From NCBI GenBank assembly GCA_043806595.1, contig JAZDGU010000012.1, forward strand, positions 1 to 52,391: DNA of 52,391 bases, in the 5' to 3' direction. The position numbers and the translations under genes were made by a program. This DNA is from Candidatus Micrarchaeota archaeon (GTDB lineage: Archaea; Micrarchaeota; Micrarchaeia; Norongarragalinales; SBBD01). Below are positions 23,801 to 30,900 of the stretch, one piece after another. Within the stretch, counting starts at the first letter, position 1; every line of letters starts with the position of its first letter. Below the pieces are notes generated by a model. It was not told the DNA's origin. It saw only the letters and a program-made list of their open reading frames with translations, and searched no databases.

Positions 23801-26203
23801 CTTCGAGACCGTCGAGCCCGACTTCAGGTAGAGCTTGCGGCAGAAGAGCGCGCGTTCGTCGCAAACCAGCGGCGAGGCGGTGACCTTCACCTGGGAAACG
23901 GAATCCTTGTACTGGCACATCGACCGCACGAGGCCTTCCGTGGTCGCGGGAAGGTAAACGTCGTCATAGGATTCGAGCTCGGGGGAGAGCGCCAGCACGC
24001 CGTCCCGGACCGCGTAGCCCTTGTAGTTGAACGAAAACGCCGAGGACGCCGGGGCGTCGGGGGCGATATAGAGCTTGAGCGCGATCTCCTTCGAGCCGGC
24101 GAAGCCCTTGGGATAGACTACGTCTATGGAGCGGAGCCCCGAGGAATTGGCCGTCGTGGCATAGCAAGAGCCCTCGGAGTATTCCGAAGAGGAGAAGAGC
24201 ACCCCCTCGATGGAGGGCGCTTCAGGGAAATACGCGAAGCCGCCGCCGGCGACGTGCACGTGCAGCCCCACGTTCTTCGCGATAGAAGGGGACGTGAGAA
24301 GGAACTTTGCGGTGTAATAGTCCGCGTTGCCCACCTCCTTGACCTCGCCCTGCGCGTTCCACAGGCCGAGGAACTTGGCGCTGACGCTGCGCGCGTCCGA
24401 CAGCGATACCAGCTGGAGCGTCACGGAACGCCTTTCCGAGGCGTCGAAGGTCATCACCGCGGAGGACGTCTGATGGTATTCCTCGGCGGAGGCAATCACG
24501 CGGAGTTCCTGCATCGCCTGGACCTTGAACGTGCAGTTCACGCCCTCGTATTCGCACGCGGCGAGGATTTCCCCGCCGGAACCGACGACGGAGACGGAGC
24601 CGTTGGCGAGCGGCTCGCCGGTGCCGGCATCTACGAGGGCGACCTCGAGCACCGCCGGCGCGTAGTCGAGGAATACGGAAAGCACGACGCCGTCCCCGGC
24701 CTCGACGCGGGCGCTTTCGCCGCTCTTGTCGTACCGGGAGGCCTTGGCGTAGAGCGAGTAGGGGCGGCCGTCGATTTCGAGGGGGGCGCCGAACTCGGCC
24801 CTGCCGTCCGCGCGCGCGTATTCCGAAGGGAGGCCGAGCGGGAAGCCGTCCTCGTTGTACAGCAGCACGTCTGCGCGGTCAGCGGGACCGACATCATCCT
24901 CGGCCTCGACCGTGATCAGCGCGGTGTTCTCCGAGGTCGCGGGAACCAGCCGGACCTTCTGCGCGTCCATGGAGGGCGAGAACATGCCCGACGCCGGCAG
25001 GTAGCCGTCCGAGTATGCCGTCGCGTAGTATTCCCTGTCCTTCGCGACTGTGAAAGACGCCATGCCTTCCCCGTCGGACAACTGGCGGTCTGCTGGCTTG
25101 CCCTTGGCGTCGTAGACGACGACCTCGGCGCCCTCGACTGCGGTGTCCGACTCGGAGACTATCCTGAACGCTAGGTATATGCCCTGGCGCTTCTCGTCCA
25201 GGAAAATCGGGAGGTCAAGCGGTTCTTCCGCGGAGTAGACTGCCTGCTCCTCGGCGGAGGCGCCCACGAATTTCGATGTCTCCGACACCTGCGCAATGAA
25301 TGCCCTGCCGATCTTCACGTTCTCGAACAGCGCAATCCCGAGGTCGTCCGTCCTCAGGTTCTTGAACGGCCGCAATGTGGAGGCGTCAAGGAGGGCCACC
25401 TGGGCGTTCCTCACAGGCGAGCCGTCCTGCGAGGAGGAGACGCTTACCAGGACCGAGCCGTAAGAGGGCTGGCTGTTGTCGCCGTCGCGGTCGGCGTTGT
25501 CCTGCTCCGCGTTGGACTGCAGCTGCAGGATGATCGTGCCGCCGCGCTCACGTATCTCGGACCCGAAGTAGCTGGAGGTGAGCGTCTTGAAGCCGTAAGC
25601 TGTCGTGACGATGGTGACGTGCGGGGGGATCTCGGAGAGGGCGAAAGACGCGAGGCCGTCGAAGGCGGTCACCGACTGCTGCTCGGTGCCGTCGTCGAAC
25701 CGCATCACGACCGAGGCGGAGGACACTGCCCGGCCCGAAGAGTCCGCTACGGAGACCGTGACGTATTCCGTCGTGGTCTCCGGGGGCTCGGAGGCCTGCA
25801 GCCGGATTACGGTCTCGCCGCCGCTGACCGACTGCGACGTTTCGGGGAACGCGTCCTTCGGGTCCGTCACCTTGACCCTCAGCTTGCCGCTCTTGGGCGC
25901 GTCCTGGAAGAATGCCCGGCCGTCGTCGCCGCTGACCTTCTCGCCCACCTGCTTGTCGCCGTCGAAGAGCTGCACGCGCAGGCCGGCAAGGTTGTTGCCG
26001 TTGCTGTCCTTGAGCGATATGGAGACGCTCTGCTTCTGCGGCTGCAAAAACAGAAGGTATGACGCGGCGAGCAGGAGCACGAGCAGCGCGCCGATAACCA
26101 GCAGGGGCGAGGGCCAGCCCTTCTCCTCGAAGTACTCGGCTAGCTCCCCGTATTTTTCCCGGAAGTCGTCGAGGATGGCCATGGCTTCCCTCATGCCTTT
26201 CAT
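17834..26203 (-). CDS. Giant (~2780 aa) membrane-anchored surface protein with carboxypeptidase-regulatory-like/Ig repeats, a PKD-like domain, Pro/Thr linkers and a Y/Q/N/P-rich tract
   Basis: N-terminal TM helix, repeated V.V.D..G..V..A.V...T...G.A.F beta-sandwich units, PTPTP linkers and YSEPGVYEAV. The start could be one of three nearby ATGs. Confidence 0.85.
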   Translation of the reverse strand: MKGMREAMAILDDFREKYGELAEYFEEKGWPSPLLVIGALLVLLLAASYLLFLQPQKQSVSISLKDSNGNNLAGLRVQLFDGDKQVGEKVSGDDGRAFFQDAPKSGKLRVKVTDPKDAFPETSQSVSGGETVIRLQASEPPETTTEYVTVSVADSSGRAVSSASVVMRFDDGTEQQSVTAFDGLASFALSEIPPHVTIVTTAYGFKTLTSSYFGSEIRERGGTIILQLQSNAEQDNADRDGDNSQPSYGSVLVSVSSSQDGSPVRNAQVALLDASTLRPFKNLRTDDLGIALFENVKIGRAFIAQVSETSKFVGASAEEQAVYSAEEPLDLPIFLDEKRQGIYLAFRIVSESDTAVEGAEVVVYDAKGKPADRQLSDGEGMASFTVAKDREYYATAYSDGYLPASGMFSPSMDAQKVRLVPATSENTALITVEAEDDVGPADRADVLLYNEDGFPLGLPSEYARADGRAEFGAPLEIDGRPYSLYAKASRYDKSGESARVEAGDGVVLSVFLDYAPAVLEVALVDAGTGEPLANGSVSVVGSGGEILAACEYEGVNCTFKVQAMQELRVIASAEEYHQTSSAVMTFDASERRSVTLQLVSLSDARSVSAKFLGLWNAQGEVKEVGNADYYTAKFLLTSPSIAKNVGLHVHVAGGGFAYFPEAPSIEGVLFSSSEYSEGSCYATTANSSGLRSIDVVYPKGFAGSKEIALKLYIAPDAPASSAFSFNYKGYAVRDGVLALSPELESYDDVYLPATTEGLVRSMCQYKDSVSQVKVTASPLVCDERALFCRKLYLKSGSTVSKSSIEVAKGAEFSLVYDVLSQEAIDSIGIRTAHSEFTGSSSMDFASDEGDGGSAETVASEQRLPVNIEAGKRTGGALSFKAAKASLSSVLQVTFYSENDQRKFDFNIRITGTNAFKRSITPERVEAGKAAKAKVRLLDEGNNPVEDALVTLFDCEGAPLNAEEPQLQGDGSPESGALGSYSLPFTAITLGRIGVRLEHKDYKSSESCSIEVTPPEDSLEASPESIEFKGKSDNLDIKTVTFSSSLDTPSRLDLYSICLSNNVPVLTVIPVSFSSFADSASADVEVIPNTTARTSCQIVATQRISSKYTLTAAVGVRIDVKSPTVDEIEHPSVTPSPTPTPSSRPPIPSVVYLTLDAYGSAEAYYSLPMPGAIDSCTLKGSDVFTGGTSVECESGVIHLIADYASLAQTQGIRETGRLSVKTDDGLTHLFTVIVYRRGVPTPTPTNTPTPSPTPTITPGQCARKSCPRGGTSLQCCDDDYSADFSRAECNSRRAYAYFVEGASLDDACSMAVPSCVLSADPQVVSAAGDVQISATYNDLDFAPNTISVSCGNGRTVNLVPCQETTGSCTQACYYSEPGVYEAVATAGETECMSVQVEFLSGSGGATPTPTPSPTATVGPNPNIQSPVYLYLDSNGFAQEARSFPQADISSCELQGPDDLLNYVIADCNGKTILLSADYSGSKVSKDFRVRGTLAVAAGDIAKSYSIMVSAANFDSGQDPSVDTSLPPLPDRIEFNVDERNTFFDPLYTLGGLGELATSCAIRGLDSSFNAWVSTQYCSEADQRLQVLGDFSGATYRQLLRMVYANNPQCAGYYGAPQMSYDPYMRQPYDNFGGYSPQPYGYGYADQTALPGYNPPSQYYQYNPNSAYPEQGFYDRYYNYPPQLQYYNQNTAGRQFSAQFSTTLPSYCVPTPLSGNVVVTLKSGTTRRIPLIITATGANYGQMPLPQPIPQPQQQAGSYIKSPLTVTIDPYTLSRWALLQEDYEGTESPQCAIRSDAALYKRVDEGLMQQNQYPNSPYSNQPNYPNYWNTQGSRGSTGLSGSVSAKNIVSESSFERKQLCSPSQGLLKHEFGVKLSSVTARELTPGNPLNAPQEAFIEERYFRTQNVQLTPITVVVGDKDEFKYEPIDGPLQFIVTGGSPSVGGDAGEFKLVYDIFDGDNCQISGVKDASASVGDIAGQPSLATLEASLETGDYALNNDGFYRTARVENPVKLAVPPKSAYVRCGTRKGGVSSKLSFASFADVNNAEAPDGVLKDYAVPMVFESSFAKLSSGKRYECIASSSGSPTIVSLVENAIGNEPDPAKAYEAYGCKVDTASGRLVVNLDYGKLATKAGKPALESFEDQVTLSVAVVTQSPASSLKSNKAYEIRRELGSVRLTVTRKPAEEKSGQDYLSLTFKSGFASDTDSPAPITVNGDGSYGNKPLVIVAEKGILTFSPTFAKDDAEIAKYRFAAVARIGIEKFKEISAIKDPYEQACQICKTLVLFRYDPQDKEIHLRNGQELSWDFQNPAQWSLEGKALPLQQEALTQGEQLVIGIAYSQEAKSGKTVGVILQFVRASDLIEGEVPEALTEVIRYDAAEKAWYTTDKALNSGQKVWPAGKDVPGGPGKTPATEKCPAGVDVEKPTGTPEAACKQFESPIEASYKNGVLSLKLSPASGADMKDLLAKVYLNAKIRLGASVDLYPQGSPVSLSWAQCESGKICLDLPGSSILYDESTGKCGGTLKEFVESEIKKNTPSLSLTLKVEKKFDAEKIRRVVGTCPAVLKLPHTEVGPIVGVRVGDGIYTFDVSAERSTAVFSNGYGLRLEQIIKSGPAITGIKLSASCGSRTGQKTLSVGSVDDFLPERQKTWEYDGALRVTWTAANNNAGTVALKMDSIGSTKCLDGSSPAEPVSDEKTGDGDYSVKIDDILTLNNGLKIRVDDLSFFNTWVFFHPGMRYTVLSKDGKTPLNEGSVADNWGYKEQLWKWEDGTRVRVRWLSGLPNNNRAWIRISSS

Positions 26204-26223
26204 CGTTTAAAAAGCCCCGCCCC

Positions 26224-26232
26224 TTTTTAAAT
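26224..26232 (+). promoter_or_regulatory. TATA box of tRNA-Gln, back-to-back with the TATA (26206-26212) of the giant gene
   Basis: TTTTTAAAT 26-34 nt upstream of the tRNA 5' end. Confidence 0.65.
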
Positions 26233-26257
26233 CCGGAAACGCAGAAAACACGTCTGC

Positions 26258-26365
26258 AGCCCCGTCGTATAGCCGGTCAAGTATGCGGGCCTCTGGCAGT
26301 GCGCCTTCTTTCGGTGTGCGCGCTGGGGAAAGCCTGAGACAGCGGTTCGAATCCGCTCGGGGCTA
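26258..26365 (+). tRNA. tRNA-Gln(CTG) with a 34-nt canonical intron (26297-26330); no encoded CCA
   Basis: Acceptor stem AGCCCCG/CGGGGCT (A1-U72, typical of archaeal Gln), T arm AGCGG-TTCGAAT-CCGCT, anticodon stem CGGGC/GCCTG and CTG at 26293-26295. Bulge-helix-bulge formed by CUCU/GGGG with 3-nt bulges and the intron helix AGTGCGC/GCGCGCT. A T-run follows. Confidence 0.95.
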
Positions 26366-26410
26366 TGCTTTTTATTGCATCCGAGCGTGAGCCCTAGAGG
26401 GTGCATGCGA

Positions 26411-27352
26411 ATGCCAGTGAAAGGCAAATTCCGTTTCCTGCTTCCTGTTGCCGCGCTTCCCCTTCTCGCGCTCGTGCCGAGCGGGGCCAAGGCGGTTCCG
26501 CCGGGGCCGTTCTACCGAGGCACGAGCGCCGGAATGTACGCCTTCCGGCTGCCGCTCGAGATTCCCATGGGCCCCCGAAGGACTGTGGACACGGAATTGC
26601 AGGTCAGCGAGCTAATGTTTTCCGTGCCGGTGGCGCGGTTGGGGGAAAAGGGGCCGAAGCTCAACGCGGGCGGCGTTGCAGGCACCGCGGGACTGAGGAA
26701 CCTCGGCGGAAAAACGGGGTTTGCCAAGCTGGGTTTGACGCTGCAAGGGATTGGCCTGGGCCGGGGAGTGCAGGCGGAAATCGGCGTGCGCGGCAAAGGC
26801 TACCGCGACTCGCAAGGGAAGAGGACTGCCGGCCTCGACGTCGGGGCGAGGGCAAGCTGGAGAAACGCGGAACTGGAAGGCGTTTTATACGATTGGCTGC
26901 GCCGCGGGGAGGAAAGGATCTGGAAGGCCAAGGCAGGGCTCAAGCTGCCTGCCGGCTTCAAGATAGAGGGCTCGGTCAACACGGAAAGCGAGGACCCGTC
27001 GCTTGCGGCGTCAAGGGCGTTCGTGTTGATGGGAGCGAAGGGAGGGCGCGGGCCGCCGAGGGTGATGGTCGTCCCCGAAGCAGGGCTGGGGCTGCGGACC
27101 AAGACGCCGTACGGTGCGCTCGCGGTTAAGGCCGGAAGGCTGATGGCGGTCGGCATCCAGGAACCGTACAAGGGCGAGAAAAAGACCACCATGGGGACGC
27201 ACGTGGTTGTTTCCGTCGACCTCGCCAGGCTGTTCTCCGGGGAAGGAAAGCGGCCGACGCATTCGGAATTGAGGGAGAAGGCAAGGGAATCCGGTGAACG
27301 AGGACGCGCTTCAATAAGGTCGCGGGAACTGGCGAGGCTGCGTAGGCGCTGA
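26411..27352 (+). CDS. Secreted Gly-rich basic protein with amphipathic beta-strand pattern
   Basis: Signal-peptide-like MPVKGKFRFLLPVAALPLLALVPSGAKA. Fills the gap between the tRNA and the next gene. No recognised family. Confidence 0.6.
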   Translation: MPVKGKFRFLLPVAALPLLALVPSGAKAVPPGPFYRGTSAGMYAFRLPLEIPMGPRRTVDTELQVSELMFSVPVARLGEKGPKLNAGGVAGTAGLRNLGGKTGFAKLGLTLQGIGLGRGVQAEIGVRGKGYRDSQGKRTAGLDVGARASWRNAELEGVLYDWLRRGEERIWKAKAGLKLPAGFKIEGSVNTESEDPSLAASRAFVLMGAKGGRGPPRVMVVPEAGLGLRTKTPYGALAVKAGRLMAVGIQEPYKGEKKTTMGTHVVVSVDLARLFSGEGKRPTHSELREKARESGERGRASIRSRELARLRRR

Positions 27353-27424
27353 AACGCCGCCAGCGCCCGAGGTTCTGCAGTATTTATTAACCGCCCCGCG
27401 CTTTCGTGAACCGGGTGCTTTGCG

Positions 27425-27997
27425 ATGAAGCTCGGTTTCGTGGACTCGATCCTCAACTTCGCGGACGTCTTCGACTCCGCGGCAGCCGCGCTGGGGGAGA
27501 AGATTCCGAACGTGCAGCTCGAGAGGCTGACCACTCCGCACCTGCTCAAGATTCCGCTGTGCGCCAAGCTGCTGTTCGGCAAGGGCTGCGACGCCGTCAT
27601 CGTGTTCCTGACCGCGGTGCCCGAGGACTTCGACGAGATAAGGCTCATCGAGGAGAAGATTATTGACGTCGAGCTCGAGGAGAAGCGCTTCGTGTTCGTC
27701 GCGGTCGTCAGCGACGCCGAGTTCGACAACGAGGAGAGGCTGCGCGAGCTGACCAAGGAAAGGCTTTCCTTCCTCGCGGAGGCGATACAGAAGATCGTGG
27801 AGTCGCCTTCCGAGATGCACTCGCAGATTGCGAACGCGGAGCTTGCCGGCGCGATGGGCATGTTCTCCTCGGAGGGATTCAGCGGGACTGGAGGCGCGGA
27901 CGCTTCCGCTGCCGGCGGCGAGGGCGGGCAGGCGGCGGAAGGCGGGGACTCGCAGTTGGACTCGCTCACCGACGACGAGGGCAAGAGTTTGTTCTAA
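27425..27997 (+). CDS. Divergent archaeal riboflavin synthase (RibC, lumazine-synthase fold)-like protein with acidic tail
   Basis: KLGFVD, ER.T.P...IP.CAK.L...GCDAV and V...EF.....L...R follow the archaeal RibC pattern. Host-like codon usage and a TATA at about 27382. Confidence 0.6.
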   Translation: MKLGFVDSILNFADVFDSAAAALGEKIPNVQLERLTTPHLLKIPLCAKLLFGKGCDAVIVFLTAVPEDFDEIRLIEEKIIDVELEEKRFVFVAVVSDAEFDNEERLRELTKERLSFLAEAIQKIVESPSEMHSQIANAELAGAMGMFSSEGFSGTGGADASAAGGEGGQAAEGGDSQLDSLTDDEGKSLF

Positions 27998-30900
27998 GGC
28001 CGCCAACAAAGATCGAATCCATCATAGGCATAGTGAATCTTATACTTGTCTTTTCCAAGGACGGAAATGGTGCAACATGGATTCCAGCCACAATCATTAT
28101 GCCCGTTGTGGCACCAAGAATTCTCGGCAGGAGGTACGAAATCGAAAACACGCGGATATTCGTTAACGTCATATGGAAGAATTATGTCGAAGGCAGCCGC
28201 GCGGGTTTTCTTACCAGTTAGTCCGCAGTTTCCTCCGCTCCTGCCAGCGTGGGCAACCCTCGCTAGGTAGGCTCCAAGGAATTGCGCGGGTGTCGTTTGG
28301 GTAACTGATAGTATTACGAAGTCCGGGCCACCATCCCAACCGTCACCACTTAGAGCAGATTGCCCTAATCCATCAGAAACTCCATTCAGGACTTTCCCTC
28401 GCCAGTCGGAATTTGCCGGATGAGTATGCAATTTCTCGAATTGGTCTCCATCGGTTTCTGGATGACTTACTTCGTGGTTTTCGCCCTCGTAGTCGGGCAC
28501 GATGGGCCATTCCCACGCCAGGCAGTGGCCGCGAATCTTGTCCGCCTTGAATGCGTTGTCCGGAAGGTACGAGCCGAACTTGTTGCGGTCGGCGCCTTCG
28601 GCGTAGAAGACCTGCCGCGGGTCGAAGAGGTTGCACGCCGGCGTCTCGCCGCAGCGGCGCTGGAGGTCGGGCCAGGGGTAGCTGTTCGAGAGCATGAGCG
28701 GCTGGACGTGGAAGAAGTTCGTCGAGTCGTATTTCCAAGTGGAGCCGTCCGTCGTCCTGCTGGAAAGGAGGAATGCCCCGTTCCTCACCTGGCACGCCTG
28801 CCCGAACAGCGGGTCTTCCTCGACAGTCTGCGCCACGTCGCTGGAATACGGGGAGGCAAGGTCGGGCATGTAGTTGAAGAGCGCGTCGCCGCTGGCCTGC
28901 ATTACTATGCTGAACTGGAACGGGTTGTTGCTTATGCTTGGAACGAAATACTTGTACGGCGAGCCGGGGTTGAGCTGCTGGCCCGGCGGAAGGCTCTGGC
29001 GGACCTCGAAAATGCAGGAGAGCGTGTCCCCGTCGCACGGAGTGTCCTGTGTGTATCCGATGACTTCAGTCACGGTCTTGACGCCTTCCGGAGGGCAGGA
29101 CGAGCACTCGGAATCCGTGCCGCAGTAGTCTCCCGCGGTGTTGAAGTCCTCGAGCATGGGCGAGCAGGCATAGAGGCAGCCGTCGCCCGAGCACGTGAAT
29201 GTGATGCCAGTCGAATTCGTGAACTGTTCGCCGTCTTCCAGCGACGCGCAGAAGCCGGTGTAAGCGCCGGTGCCGGGGGATACTGCCATGCAGTCCTCGG
29301 ATTCGTCGGGCTGGCAGCGCGCGTCGCAGGAGTCCACCTGCAGGGCGCCGGCCGGGCTGCCCCACTCGTTCAGCGGCGAGACGTCGTAGCAGAAGCGGCA
29401 CTGCATCTCGGTCTCGGTGGTGATGGGCGTTATCGTCACCCAGTCGCCCTCGTTGTCCCTGCAGACTGCAGGGTCGGAGAATTCCTCCTGCGTCGGACTC
29501 TGCTTGAGGCAGTATTTCGCGGTGTTGTAGCTCCTGCGGAAGGCGCTCTTCTGCGCGATCTGCGAGGCCTTGGCGCGGAAGCCGTCCATCACGTTCTTGA
29601 CGTAGCTCTCCGGATCTATCACCAGCACGGACCTAGGCTTGATGCACGTCCGGCTGTAATCGTACTTCGGCAGGACGCCCGACTTGGTCTGGCACATGTT
29701 GCCAACCCATTCGCAATAGAAGGTGTCGAGCTGCATAACCGATTCCTGGGCAAAACCTGCAGGGCACGCGGGGGCGTCACGGTTGACCTTGCCCAAGCCA
29801 GTGCAATCCCCGGGCGTATAGCGAGAACCGCACTGCGTGCCACCCGGGCTGTAGACGGTAGTGCGCTCCGGCGGCAGGGGCGTTTCCAAGCGGTCCGCGT
29901 TCATGACAGCGTTGAGCCCGATGTCGGCTGCGAGCCCGCCGTAGCCGGATTTGCTGACTTCGCCGACGAGCAGGTCCTCGGGCCGCGGGTAGTTGTCCTG
30001 CGGGTTGGCGTAGAGGCCGACGGGGCGCGGGTCGGCGCTGGAGTCCCAAGCGACGAGCTTGACGTCGTCGTTCCGCGTCATCACGGGGTGGCCGACGAAC
30101 GTCGCGCCCGAATAGAGGCCGACGGACAGCTCGTCGTAGGAGTTGCGCAGGTCCGGGTGCTTGTTGTTCACGGCGTAAAGCAGGCGCGCCGGCGACGAGT
30201 CGAAATCGATGCCCTTGTAGTAGGTGTAGGGCCGCTGCTCTTCGCCGGCGTACGACTTGCGGTAGGGCATGGCGGCGAAGTCTATTGCCTTCTCGGTGAG
30301 CGTCGGCGGCCTGACCTCGAACTTCATGACGAGCGGAGAATTCGGGGCGTTCAGGCACGTGAAGTTGATGCTGCCGGTCTCGACGACTGGCGTCGTAACT
30401 CCCCTTGGCTGGAGCGGGCAGCCGGCGAGGTTCGGGTTGAAGCGCACGGCGTCGCCGCCCGGCGAGTCTGCTGTGTTGAAGCACGTCTTCAAGTCGCGCC
30501 CGCTGTCGTCCGTTGCCTGCACGTTCAAGGTAGTGCAGCGCTTGGCCCTCAGGTCGGAGAAGTCGGCCGGGATGGCGTCGGCTGGGAAGAAGCTGTCCAC
30601 CTGGAAGACTAGCTTGTTGCATGAGGAGTTGATGTACTGGCCTCGCGGCCCGGTCTCGAGCCTCAGGTTGACGAAGTTGCAGGAGAGGTAGTCGGTGAGG
30701 CCGCCGGGGTTTCGCGCGGGCGTGCCCGGCGTGAGCTTGAACCAGGAGCCGGCTTCGATTGAAAGGCTGCCGGTGCGCAGCCCGACGGAGACGGGCACGC
30801 GGTCCGCGGTCTCCCAAGGCGTCGCGCGGATGCTGCCGCTCAAACGGTCGTACTGGCCCGCGTTCTCGATGGGGATGACGATGCTCGTCTTCGGCTGGCG

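Noticed and set aside
26340..26365. Integrated element at tRNA-Gln
   Set aside because: No second copy of the tRNA 3' end and no integrase noticed in the window.
20951..30612. Long antisense ORFs 20951-22783 and 28420-30612 (likewise 41881-43686)
   Set aside because: Antisense shadows of the giant genes, with no independent signals.
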